Positions 28,722 to 38,222 of a stretch of 64,000 nt of DNA are shown here, piece after piece. The first letter of the stretch is position 1, and every line of letters begins with the position of its first letter. Location: positions 85,878 through 149,877 of the forward strand of contig JAHFNJ010000001.1 of assembly GCA_023267375.1 (NCBI GenBank). The letters are read 5' to 3'. The notes beneath the pieces are model-generated. The model worked only from the letters and a program-made list of their open reading frames with translations. It was not told the origin of the DNA and searched no databases. The position numbers and the translations under genes are program-made. This DNA comes from Candidatus Nomurabacteria bacterium. GTDB taxonomy: Bacteria > Patescibacteriota > Minisyncoccia > Phycocordibacterales > UBA9973.

Positions 28722-29930
28722 CTAACTCAAAAAACTCTTACTTCTTTTTTCTTTATGAAAACGAATTGCAAAACGGTGCGCTTCGCTATTGGCAAGAATA
28801 ATGGCTTTTTCTTTCCCACCAAAAACTGTTTTTTCTCCTAAGATTTCTCGTGCTTTGTGACGATCATCTTTTACGACTGAAACAATAGGAATTGAGAGCT
28901 GATACCGATTGAGCACTTGTTGTGCCACATTGATTTGTGCTTGTCCGCCATCCACGACGACGAGTTCCGGAAGTCCCCATTCCATGTGACGAAACCGACG
29001 AGAAAGCACTTCTTCAAGCGCCCCAGTATCATTGGCACCTTTTTGGGTGCGGATAATAAATTTACGATATTCATTTTTGTCTGGTGCTCCATTTACGACC
29101 ACGGTCATCACACCCACCATATTTTTCCCACTCATATGCGCAATATCGTATGCCTCGATTCTAAATTCAGAAGCCTTTGCTTCATAACTTCGTACTTCAT
29201 CCTTGAGCAATGCCACATCATTGATATGTTGTAGCGCAAAAAGCTGATTGCGGACACGAGCAGCTTCTTCAAATTTTTTGTCCTTAGCCAAGGCTTTCAT
29301 TTCTTTTTCGAGCAAACGAACAATCTGCTTTTTCTTACCCTGAAAAAAGAGTTTGATGTGTTTTATGTTTTTTTTATATATCGCACTGGCGTGTACATTT
29401 GAAATATCCGGAGCAAGTCCAAGCTGTCGGTAAAATTCGTAATTATCTTTCTTTGCAGAACTTTTATCGATAAAGGGGAAAATACGACGAATGATTTTCA
29501 TTGCCTCGCGCAATTGTGGACCACTCGTAAACGGACCATACACTTCATCAAAAGTCGCGTCTTTAACTGTCCTACCACGCTCAATCACAATCATTGGTAT
29601 TTTTTCTTTTGTAACGCACACGTAATTGAAACTCTTATCATCCTTCTCTTTAGTGTTGTAATACGGCTGGTGTTTTTTGATAAGCGCTGCTTCAAGGATA
29701 AGTGCTTCAAGCACGGAATCTGTTTCTTGCCATTTCAGTGCACTGGCCTTAAAGACCATGTCTACAATGAGCGGACCACGGGTTTCGATAAGGTCTTTAG
29801 CGAAGTAGCTTTTTGTCCTATCATGGAGGGAGGTCGCCTTGCCGATATAGAGGATTTTCTTACCAGACATGAAAAAATACACGCCAGGTTTCTCTGGAAT
29901 CTTCAGTTTTGCCAAATCTTGACGTTTCAT
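28722..29930 (-). CDS. uvrC: Excinuclease UvrC, short form lacking the HhH tail
   Basis: GIY-YIG (PGVY...LYIGKA), UVR (FEEAARVRNQ), IEAYDIAH, VVDGGQAQ, EAHRFA. Confidence 0.9.
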   Translation of the reverse strand: MKRQDLAKLKIPEKPGVYFFMSGKKILYIGKATSLHDRTKSYFAKDLIETRGPLIVDMVFKASALKWQETDSVLEALILEAALIKKHQPYYNTKEKDDKSFNYVCVTKEKIPMIVIERGRTVKDATFDEVYGPFTSGPQLREAMKIIRRIFPFIDKSSAKKDNYEFYRQLGLAPDISNVHASAIYKKNIKHIKLFFQGKKKQIVRLLEKEMKALAKDKKFEEAARVRNQLFALQHINDVALLKDEVRSYEAKASEFRIEAYDIAHMSGKNMVGVMTVVVNGAPDKNEYRKFIIRTQKGANDTGALEEVLSRRFRHMEWGLPELVVVDGGQAQINVAQQVLNRYQLSIPIVSVVKDDRHKAREILGEKTVFGGKEKAIILANSEAHRFAIRFHKEKRSKSFLS

Positions 29931-30611
29931 TAATAGTATGCTAACATATGAACCGGTAAAATCAAAATTAAATAACCCCCTAGAAATGAAGAAAAAACAG
30001 TCATCATTAGTCGAGCTCCAAGCGCTCTGGAAAAAGCTTGAGGAAACAGAAGCAGGAAAGAAAATCCTGAAGTTACTACACGAGGCACACCTGATAACAA
30101 TCAGAGGCGTCGGGTGGAAAGTTATTGTGGCCGCTTTATTGTTTTTAGCAATTGAAGCAGTGTCACTTTACTACTCCAGCACAGGCATCGTAAAAACAAC
30201 GATGAGTGCTACACTAACAACCGCTTTATTGTGGGCAGTAAGATTAGGTATTGGAATTCCAGCAGTCATTTTTATCGGCCGTTGGACCGACACCGTAGCA
30301 GATCATTTCGAGCGTATAAATATGCTCTCTCGTGCATTTTTTGATAAATACAAAGAGTGTATGGCTTTAATCTACCAGAACGAAGCCGAACGCGAAATCA
30401 TCCTGCAAATCACCACGTACAATGATGCCGGTGAAGTGGTCAAAGAAGAAACTTTGACCCAACACGAATTGGAACCTGTAATGGTATCTTAATTCTCCTT
30501 CTCATTTCTAAACCATTTAAAGAACAGTCGCCGAACTAAAAGTAAGCGGCTGTTTTATTTTCGTAATTTTCTTGCAAACTTTTTCAGTTTTGCTAAATCT
30601 TGACGTTTCAT
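29902..30611 (+). repeat. 29-bp direct repeat (28/29 identical) of the uvrC 5' end bracketing an orphan gene
   Basis: TTCAGTTTTGC(C/T)AAATCTTGACGTTTCAT at 29902-29930 and 30583-30611. Confidence 0.9.
29986..30492 (+). CDS. Orphan membrane protein (2 TM)
   Basis: Start moved to ATG 29986 because TTGACG-17-TAACAT overlaps the longer ORF start; terminator follows. Confidence 0.65.
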   Translation: MKKKQSSLVELQALWKKLEETEAGKKILKLLHEAHLITIRGVGWKVIVAALLFLAIEAVSLYYSSTGIVKTTMSATLTTALLWAVRLGIGIPAVIFIGRWTDTVADHFERINMLSRAFFDKYKECMALIYQNEAEREIILQITTYNDAGEVVKEETLTQHELEPVMVS

Positions 30612-30661
30612 AAAATTTATTATAGTATTCCTGTCAAATAAATCAAACAAAAAAATAGCGT

Positions 30662-30994
30662 ATGAAAAAGTTATCTATTATTCTACTTACAGGAATCCTC
30701 TACTTCACAGGATGTACTGACGACAGTCAAACAAAATTTCGCATCTGTTCTGAATGCAACATGAAAAGTTCCCCCGCAGGACTTTATCCTGTTGACACAA
30801 ATAAAGTGAAAGACGGCAAACCTGACATCTATGTTAAATGCAGTAACTTTCTTCAACATCCAGGCGAATTCAAATGTGGAGAGGAGGTTAAATTAATTTT
30901 CGACAGTACCACAGGAAAATCAGTTATCAATACTGGCTTTATAGGTGAAGTTTGCCCCATCTATAAAAGTGACTTCTGCACAAACTGTGATTAA
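30662..30994 (+). CDS. Orphan Cys-rich lipoprotein
   Basis: Lipobox-like LYFTGC, several further Cys; own promoter and terminator (31011-31044). Confidence 0.65.
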   Translation: MKKLSIILLTGILYFTGCTDDSQTKFRICSECNMKSSPAGLYPVDTNKVKDGKPDIYVKCSNFLQHPGEFKCGEEVKLIFDSTTGKSVINTGFIGEVCPIYKSDFCTNCD

Positions 30995-31101
30995 TTAAAT
31001 CAAAAAAATAAAAAGAGGTTTGGTGGAAACATCAAACCTCTTTTATTTTCTCAAAACTTTCTTCAGGTACTTTCCTGTATGACTTTTTGGATTATTCGCC
31101 A

Positions 31102-31150
31102 TCCCAGTAGTAGATCCTCGTACCGAATGCGTACTCGGCTCACTACGGGA
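31102..31150. repeat. REP-like palindrome (CCCAGTAGTAGA...CTCACTACGGG family)
   Basis: Same terminal motifs recur at 60767-60795. Confidence 0.65.
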
Positions 31151-31168
31151 CAGGAAGTGGTAACTTTA

Positions 31169-33769
31169 TTATTTTTTCAACACTCGCTTTAAGTATTTAC
31201 CGGTATGCGAAGTCCTATGGTTCGCGACTTCTTCCGGAGTTCCTTTTGCGATAAGCTCTCCCCCGCCGACACCACCTTCGGGGCCGAAGTCGATAAGATA
31301 GTCGGCATTTTTAATGATATCTAAGTTGTGTTCGATAAGCACCACCGAGTTCCCCTTCTGCACAAGCTGATTCAACACATGAAGTAAATTTGCCACATCA
31401 TCGTAGTGAAGCCCCACAGTCGGCTCATCCAAAAGATAAATCGTTTTTTCTAAATGGGGACGGTAAAGTTCTGAAGAAATTTTTACACGTTGCGCTTCCC
31501 CACCAGAGAGTGTTGTCGCACTCTGTCCAAGCTCGACATAACCCAACCCTACGTTTACGAGTGTTTGCAAGCGGTCATTGATTGCTGGAATATCCTCAAA
31601 GAACTTCACGGCATCTTCGACGGTCATCCGAAGTACTTCATAAATATTTTTTTTCTTATACTTCACCCCAAGCGTTTCTTTATCGAAACGTTTTCCACCA
31701 CAGACATCGCACGTCACATACACCGTCGGCAAGAAATGCATTTCTACCGCGATTTCACCATTACCTTCACAGGCTTCGCAACGCCCGCCTTTGACATTGA
31801 ACGAAAAACGATTTGATTTCCAGCCACGTAGACGCGCTTCTTCAGTTGTTGCGAACAAATCGCGAATGTGGGTAAAGGTGCCAGTATAGGTAGCAATGTT
31901 TGAACGTGGAGTACGTCCGATCGGAGATTGGTCAATCAGAATGGCGCGAGATAAATATTCAGTACCCGTAAATGATGCACAATTGTGAATCTTGGCACTA
32001 CGAAATGCCCGCTCGTAGCGAGCTTGTAGATTTTTGTGAAGAATTTCATACATGAACGAACTCTTGCCAGAGCCAGATACGCCGGTGATGCACACCAGTT
32101 TTCCAAGCGGTACTTCAATGTTCAAATTTTTGATATTAAATACTTTTCCGCCAGTAATCTTGAGTGCTCCTTTATCATTATCACGACGCTTATCCGGAAT
32201 TTCGATTTTCGCCTCGCCGCGCAAATACGCGAGTGTGCGAGATTTTGAAGGATTAGTTTTGGCATCGAGCAGTTTTGGCAACCAGTCTGACACAATTACA
32301 TTGCCTCCATGGACACCAGCTTTCGGTCCGATGTCGACGATAAAGTCTGATGCAAAGATAGTGTCTTCATCGTGCTCTACCACCATGATGGTGTTACCAA
32401 GATCACGAAGATTTTCAAGCGTGCGGATCAAGCGTTCATTATCGCGCTGATGAAGTCCGATGGTTGGCTCATCGAGCACATAGAGCGCACCCACAAGACG
32501 TGAGCCCAACTGTGAGGCAAGACGAATACGTTGGGCTTCCCCGCCAGAGAGCGTGTTCGCTTTACGATTAAGTGATAGATAGTTGAGGCCAACGTTTAGC
32601 ATAAACTCGAGTCGCGCTTCAATTTCTTTGATGACTACTTTCGAAATTTCCCGTTCTTGCGCAGTCAGCTTGATATCGACAAAAAAATCAACTGCTTCTT
32701 CAATAGAAAAGTTCGTAACGTCTAAAATATTTGTTTTTTTGCCACCAAGAAATACATTGAGTGCTTCTGGTCGCAAACGTGCGCCATGACAGGTATCACA
32801 CACTTCTGTGCCGCCAAAATATTTTGTTCCTAAACCATTACAATCAGGGCACGCACCATACGGCGAATTGAAAGAAAAAAGACGTGGCTCGATTTCAGGA
32901 AAAGAGAAGCCATCTTTTGGACAAGCAAACTTACTAGAGAGTAGTGATTCTTCATCGGCAATTTTTACCGTCACCAATCCTTCAGCTTCAGCGAGTGCAC
33001 GTTCCACCGCTTCAGACAAACGCATTTTGGCGTCAGCTGGAGCATCCTTAAATTCATGGAGGGCAAACTGATCCACCAGTACGTCGATGTCATGCTTCTT
33101 GTTTTTTGAAAGGTCGATGCGGTCGCGGAGATTCATAACCTTACCATCAAGTCGGACTTTGTTATATCCCTTGCCTAACAGATCATAGAGCAATTGGTAG
33201 TATTCCCCTTTTCTACCACGGACTACCGGCGCAAAAATCTGGATCGGTGTTTCATCCCACTCGACACCCATGACTTTCTTTTTACTTTTTTGAGCTTTTG
33301 TATAGTGATCAATCTTTTCAGAAATGAAATTGAGAATCTGCTCGTTGGAAAGTTTTTTGATTTCATCGCCGCAGATAAGACAGTGTGGATGACCGATACG
33401 TGCATAGAGCACACGAAGATAGTCGTAGATTTCTGTGATAGTTGCGACGGTCGAACGCGGATTATTGGAGCGGGATTTTTGGTCGATAGAAATAGCTGGT
33501 GAAAGACCGGAGATCTCATCGACATCCGGCTTTGGCATCTGATTCAAAAATTGCCGTGCATAGGCCGAAAGTGATTCCACATACCGACGCTGACCCTCAG
33601 CAAAAATGGTATCAAAAGCAAGCGAGCTCTTGCCCGAGCCCGACATCCCCGTAATCGCGATCATCTTATTGCGCGGCATCTCCAAGCTGATATTCTTCAG
33701 ATTGTGTGTACGCGCACCACGGACAATGATTTTTCCTCCCTCAAATGAATTTTCTCCTTGTTTTGACAT
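31169..33769 (-). CDS. uvrA: Excinuclease ABC subunit A
   Basis: GARTHNLK, two Walker A motifs (GMSGSGKS, GVSGSGKS), LSGGEAQR twice, Zn fingers. Confidence 0.97.
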   Translation of the reverse strand: MSKQGENSFEGGKIIVRGARTHNLKNISLEMPRNKMIAITGMSGSGKSSLAFDTIFAEGQRRYVESLSAYARQFLNQMPKPDVDEISGLSPAISIDQKSRSNNPRSTVATITEIYDYLRVLYARIGHPHCLICGDEIKKLSNEQILNFISEKIDHYTKAQKSKKKVMGVEWDETPIQIFAPVVRGRKGEYYQLLYDLLGKGYNKVRLDGKVMNLRDRIDLSKNKKHDIDVLVDQFALHEFKDAPADAKMRLSEAVERALAEAEGLVTVKIADEESLLSSKFACPKDGFSFPEIEPRLFSFNSPYGACPDCNGLGTKYFGGTEVCDTCHGARLRPEALNVFLGGKKTNILDVTNFSIEEAVDFFVDIKLTAQEREISKVVIKEIEARLEFMLNVGLNYLSLNRKANTLSGGEAQRIRLASQLGSRLVGALYVLDEPTIGLHQRDNERLIRTLENLRDLGNTIMVVEHDEDTIFASDFIVDIGPKAGVHGGNVIVSDWLPKLLDAKTNPSKSRTLAYLRGEAKIEIPDKRRDNDKGALKITGGKVFNIKNLNIEVPLGKLVCITGVSGSGKSSFMYEILHKNLQARYERAFRSAKIHNCASFTGTEYLSRAILIDQSPIGRTPRSNIATYTGTFTHIRDLFATTEEARLRGWKSNRFSFNVKGGRCEACEGNGEIAVEMHFLPTVYVTCDVCGGKRFDKETLGVKYKKKNIYEVLRMTVEDAVKFFEDIPAINDRLQTLVNVGLGYVELGQSATTLSGGEAQRVKISSELYRPHLEKTIYLLDEPTVGLHYDDVANLLHVLNQLVQKGNSVVLIEHNLDIIKNADYLIDFGPEGGVGGGELIAKGTPEEVANHRTSHTGKYLKRVLKK

Positions 33770-33918
33770 ATATTTTTAGACAAAGACGACACCCGCATAG
33801 AGTCTATGGGGGTGCATATCTATTCTATTGGCTCCATTATAGCATAATGGCCAATCATTGACAAAATAATTCAAGATGTTACTTTTAAATAAATAACTCC
33901 AAAAAAAAAATAATCCCG

Positions 33919-34341
33919 ATGAAAACACTTAAAATTCTTGCATGCATTGCGATATGCATCCTTACAGGCTGGATTGGAATTAAAATTCTCACATTCACCC
34001 CACTTACTCCGATGAATAACACCATCCTTGATGTTTCACTTTTGGTTCTGGGATTGCTACTTCTATTCACCCACGACCACGACCACGTAGAGACATTTTC
34101 GATGATCATGTTCATCCTAGGAGTCACCTCTGCCTTCAGTGGATTCTACTTTTTAGCGATATGGTCACCTGACGATAAGGTACATACCGCTATAACATTA
34201 ATCGTTTTTATTGCATCAGCAATAAAAATAATTCAGTTATTAAAGAGTATTGGCACAGATGAAGAGCAACCGTTTAAGGGCTTTCATCATAATTTCCCTC
34301 CAAATTATGAGAATGAAATAAAGAAACCTGATATACCATAA
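33919..34341 (+). CDS. Orphan membrane protein (about 4 TM)
   Basis: Hydrophobic ORF with own TTGACA promoter and terminator. Confidence 0.65.
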   Translation: MKTLKILACIAICILTGWIGIKILTFTPLTPMNNTILDVSLLVLGLLLLFTHDHDHVETFSMIMFILGVTSAFSGFYFLAIWSPDDKVHTAITLIVFIASAIKIIQLLKSIGTDEEQPFKGFHHNFPPNYENEIKKPDIP

Positions 34342-34502
34342 TCAAAAGGAGGACAACCACGAAGAAGCGGTTCAAGACATCATCTTGGATCGCTTTTTTT
34401 ATTTTCTATAGTGTCGTAAATCAATACACTTCACTTTTTGGCGACACTTGACAAAATAATTATAATAGTTTATTATGGAGGCTCACCAATTGTTCATTGA
34501 TT

Positions 34503-34619
34503 ATGATAACAACTATGTTCGCAGTGAAAGCTGCATCTGCATTGTTAATAATGTTTATTTTTGGCACAGGTCTTGGTTTTTTCAAGAAATCAGCACCTGA
34601 GGTAAAAGTAAGGATTTAA
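34503..34619 (+). CDS. Putative 38-aa single-TM small protein (not in ORF track)
   Basis: MITTMFAVKAASALLIMFIFGTGLGFFKKSAPEVKVRI, after TTGACA-17-TATTAT (34448-34476) and before hairpins at 34632-34690. Confidence 0.45.
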   Translation: MITTMFAVKAASALLIMFIFGTGLGFFKKSAPEVKVRI

Positions 34620-34697
34620 GAATAATGCTACTGGCGCAAAGTGCGCCCAATAAGGGGAGAATGGCGGAACATGCTTGCATGGATCCGCCTTCTTTTT

Positions 34698-36785
34698 TTA
34701 TTTCTCCATCTTCTGTTTCAACACCATTATTTCATCACGTAAGATCGCGGCTGTTTCGAAATCCAATTCCTTCACTGCACGATTCATTTCTTTTTCTTTC
34801 AGTTTGATTATCTTTTCATACACCACATTCTTACGCTCTTCATCGGAGAGACGCGAGAGTTTTTTCTCTTCTTTTTTATTGAGTGCCTTGCTTGCTCGTT
34901 CAAAAATCTGCACATCAAGCGCGAGTTCACTGTTGACCGCTTTCGCGTGTTCACTCTCAAGTTGTTGAGTAATATCTTTAATCTGTTTCTTGATCGTCTT
35001 GGGAGTAATGCCATTTTTCTTATTAAAGGCGATCTGGATTTCACGACGTCGGTTTGTCTCCCCTACTGCACGCTCCATTGAACCCGTCATCTGGTCAGCG
35101 TAGAGAATCACGCGACCAAGCACATTTCGCGCTGCACGACCAATCGTCTGGATAAGCGATGTTTCGCTTCGCAAAAATCCTTCTTTATCGGCATCAAGCA
35201 CTCCAATAAGCTCAAGCTCTGGCAAGTCGAGCCCTTCACGCAACAGGTTCACACCGACTAAGCAATCGAATTCACCCTTGCGGAATGAAGTCAAAATCTT
35301 AATGCGATCAATTGTTTTAATATCACTGTGTAGATATTCAGACTTTATTTTTCGCTCCTTCAGATATGCAGCCAAATCTTCCGCCATTTTTTTAGTGAGT
35401 GTTGTAGCAATAACACGTCCGCCACCTTTAATTGTTTTTTCTGCTTCCGAAATAAAATCTTGCACCTGCCCCGGATACTCTCCTTTTGGAATAATAGGCT
35501 TTAGATCAATGACTGGATCAATAAGCCCTGTGGGGCGAATAATCTGTTCCACGACCTGTTCGCTTTTTTCACGTTCAAAATCTCCCGGTGTCGCCGAAGT
35601 ATAAATCACTTGCCCGATACGCTCTTCAAACTCTGGAAACTTCAACGGACGATTGTCTTGTGCTGAAGGCAAACGAAAACCGAACTCAACGAGTGTTTTC
35701 TTGCGTGATGCATCGCCCGCATACATACCACCCAATTGTGGCACGGTCACATGTGATTCATCGATGACAGTTAGAAAATCTGCTTTGCCGTTTGCCTTAT
35801 GTGGAAAATATGAGAGCAGTGTCTCTGGCGGATCCCCCGCTTTTTTACCAGAGAGATGCCGGGAGTAGTTTTCGATGCCAGAACAATAACCAATCTCTTT
35901 AATCATGGCGAGGTCGTACGTCGTGCGGCGTTTGATTCGTTCTGCTTCAAGCAACTTCCCCTCTTTCTCAAAATGCTTAAGTTGTGCCGCAAGCTCAGCC
36001 TTGATCGCCTTCATCGCCTTTTCCTTTTTGCTCTTGTTCGTTAAAAAGTGCTTGGCTGGGAAAATAAAAATGCTTTCGGGTTCTTCAAGGATTTGCGAAG
36101 AAACCGGATCAATTTTCAAAATCTTAGAAATTTGCCCGCCCAACATTTCGATGCTCAACATAAATGTTTCAGAAACTGGAACAATTTCTACTTTTGAGCC
36201 AATGGCACGAAATTGCCCAGACTCAAGGTCGGCATTCGTGCGCGTGAAATGAATAGAGATAAGATTTGAGAGCAAGTCATTGCGCGCCATTTTCATACCA
36301 ACAGAAAGCTCAAGATTTTCTTCACGGTATTCTTCTGGAGAACCCAAGCCGTAGATACACGAAACCGATGCGACGATAATCACGTCTTTACGCGTCAAAA
36401 GCGCCTGTGTCGAGGCGTGACGCAAGCGATCGATTTCCTTATTGATCTGCGCATCTTTTTCAATATACGTATCAGTTACCGGCATGTACGCTTCCGGCTG
36501 GTAGTAATCATAGTAGGAAACAAAATAGTGCACGGCATGATCGGGAAAAAATTCACGGTATTCTTGTGCAAGCTGAGCTGCGAGTGTCTTGTTGTGTGCA
36601 ATAATGAGCGTCGGCTTATTGTACTGTGCAATAACATTTGCAATAGTAAATGTTTTTCCTGAGCCGGTCACGCCTAAAAGGGTCTGTTTTTGCATCCCCT
36701 TACCAAGACCTGTCATAAGTTGCTCTATTGCCTTAGGCTGATCACCTGCTGGAGCCCAGTCGCTTTGTAGTTTAAATACACCCAT
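34698..36785 (-). CDS. uvrB: Excinuclease ABC subunit B
   Basis: PAGDQP, GVTGSGKT, YYDYYQPEAY, DESH, NLLREGLD, UVR tail. Confidence 0.97.
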   Translation of the reverse strand: MGVFKLQSDWAPAGDQPKAIEQLMTGLGKGMQKQTLLGVTGSGKTFTIANVIAQYNKPTLIIAHNKTLAAQLAQEYREFFPDHAVHYFVSYYDYYQPEAYMPVTDTYIEKDAQINKEIDRLRHASTQALLTRKDVIIVASVSCIYGLGSPEEYREENLELSVGMKMARNDLLSNLISIHFTRTNADLESGQFRAIGSKVEIVPVSETFMLSIEMLGGQISKILKIDPVSSQILEEPESIFIFPAKHFLTNKSKKEKAMKAIKAELAAQLKHFEKEGKLLEAERIKRRTTYDLAMIKEIGYCSGIENYSRHLSGKKAGDPPETLLSYFPHKANGKADFLTVIDESHVTVPQLGGMYAGDASRKKTLVEFGFRLPSAQDNRPLKFPEFEERIGQVIYTSATPGDFEREKSEQVVEQIIRPTGLIDPVIDLKPIIPKGEYPGQVQDFISEAEKTIKGGGRVIATTLTKKMAEDLAAYLKERKIKSEYLHSDIKTIDRIKILTSFRKGEFDCLVGVNLLREGLDLPELELIGVLDADKEGFLRSETSLIQTIGRAARNVLGRVILYADQMTGSMERAVGETNRRREIQIAFNKKNGITPKTIKKQIKDITQQLESEHAKAVNSELALDVQIFERASKALNKKEEKKLSRLSDEERKNVVYEKIIKLKEKEMNRAVKELDFETAAILRDEIMVLKQKMEK

Positions 36786-36838
36786 AAAGGAGAGTGTACC
36801 CTAAAGATGCAAATAAAAAAAGTATTTACGTTTAGGGA

Positions 36839-36964
36839 CAGGACTTACATAGATGGATGCAGTTCGAGGCGGCAAGTGAAATGAGCGAGGCGCCGTACTA
36901 CTTTGTACGGTAACGAGAACATTTTGCTTGCCAACGAAGAAATGCGCCGTCTATGTAAGTCCTG
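36839..36964. mobile_element. 126-bp MITE/ERIC-like palindromic element
   Basis: 18-bp terminal inverted repeats CAGGACTTACATAGA(T/C)GG with nested internal stems; no coding capacity. Confidence 0.7.
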
Positions 36965-37019
36965 AAAAATGTAAAAGCTCCGCAGTGTAAGTGGGGAGCT
37001 TTTAAGGCAGTTTGGAAAA

Positions 37020-37427
37020 CTAAGTTTCAAATGATACTTTCTGGTTGATTTTCTCACTCTTGTCTACATACCACATTTCCTCTAACATCAGGAATACTCG
37101 CATACTTTGTCCAGAGGTATCAACACTCGCTGGCACACTTGTAAGGACGACATCGCGCATACTAAACGCGCGATGATCAGGACCTTTTGATATCGCAATC
37201 CTGTATCGCTTCGTCTTCAACAATACCTGATAGATTTCATCTGGTATGGTCACCTGTACTTTAGGAAAGCTTCCGCTATTCGCTAAGAACGGAATGGGAG
37301 GATACGGACGCCCGTTATCATCGTCCTCATCCTTGTATATAGTGAGAATCGCTTCTTTGCAACCGGTAATAAAATTCTTACATTTTTCCCCTGCCTCTTT
37401 CGGATTTAACTTATGTAATAAGTCCAT
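37020..37427 (-). CDS. Orphan hypothetical protein
   Basis: 135-aa ORF with own TTGACT...TATCAT promoter and terminator at 36973-37003. Confidence 0.6.
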   Translation of the reverse strand: MDLLHKLNPKEAGEKCKNFITGCKEAILTIYKDEDDDNGRPYPPIPFLANSGSFPKVQVTIPDEIYQVLLKTKRYRIAISKGPDHRAFSMRDVVLTSVPASVDTSGQSMRVFLMLEEMWYVDKSEKINQKVSFET

Positions 37428-37494
37428 TTTCTTTTTTTTGAGAACTAGATCTCAATTCATGATAACCATAGAACAGAAAACAAGTCAATGAGAC

Positions 37495-37833
37495 CTAGGA
37501 GTACATTTCATCGCGGATTTTTTCAAGTTTTGCAATCAATTCTTTATCGGTAATTTTCTGAAATCGTGGGAAAGTTTTGCCATCTTTTGTCACTGCTTCT
37601 ATAAACATACCGAGTGGGCGAATATCGAACATTTTGCCATTCTTATACACGAATGCTTCATATAATGGACGATACACGACCATGTATTGGTCGACGGAAC
37701 GACAATCATCTTCTGTGTGATGCCCAACCCCAACGACCTCATAAGCGTAATTGTTAATCAACCCGCTTGAATCGTGTTTATAGTGATAGTAAAATCCTTT
37801 TTCTGGTTGTTGCATATCGTATTTATACTCCAT
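37495..37833 (-). CDS. DUF1653-family protein
   Basis: G.YYHYK...YEVVGVG.HTE...MVVYRPLY...RPL.MF...PRF motif. Confidence 0.8.
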   Translation of the reverse strand: MEYKYDMQQPEKGFYYHYKHDSSGLINNYAYEVVGVGHHTEDDCRSVDQYMVVYRPLYEAFVYKNGKMFDIRPLGMFIEAVTKDGKTFPRFQKITDKELIAKLEKIRDEMYS

Positions 37834-38206
37834 TAAACGATTTCCGACGTCGAATCATCTCTTCGCGTTCTTTACTGTCGCGAATATGAGAAATAGTTTT
37901 CTTCGTCCTATTGTAACGATTTGTTCCGAATAAAAATATAAGGAAACCGATAAAAAGGAGACCTCCGCCAATGAAATTATAGAAAGAGATATCAGAAAAA
38001 TGCATGAGAGTGGCACCAGCAGCAGCAACTGCAAGACCGGTACGAATATATGCCAAAAACGTGGATTCGTTTGCAAGTCGCGTGCGATCAATCGCCAAGT
38101 GATCACGCAAGATAAATTGGTGAGTTAAAAATTCCTTATAAAAATCCTGATCGTCTTTTTCACCAGAGACAAAAAGATGCTTGTAGTAGTTAGTATCGAA
38201 TTTCAT
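37823..38206 (-). CDS. DUF202 (YidH-like) membrane protein
   Basis: RTRLANE.TFLAYIRTGL plus two TM. Confidence 0.85.
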   Translation of the reverse strand: MKFDTNYYKHLFVSGEKDDQDFYKEFLTHQFILRDHLAIDRTRLANESTFLAYIRTGLAVAAAGATLMHFSDISFYNFIGGGLLFIGFLIFLFGTNRYNRTKKTISHIRDSKEREEMIRRRKSFNGV

Positions 38207-38222
38207 AATTAGTCACATTTTA

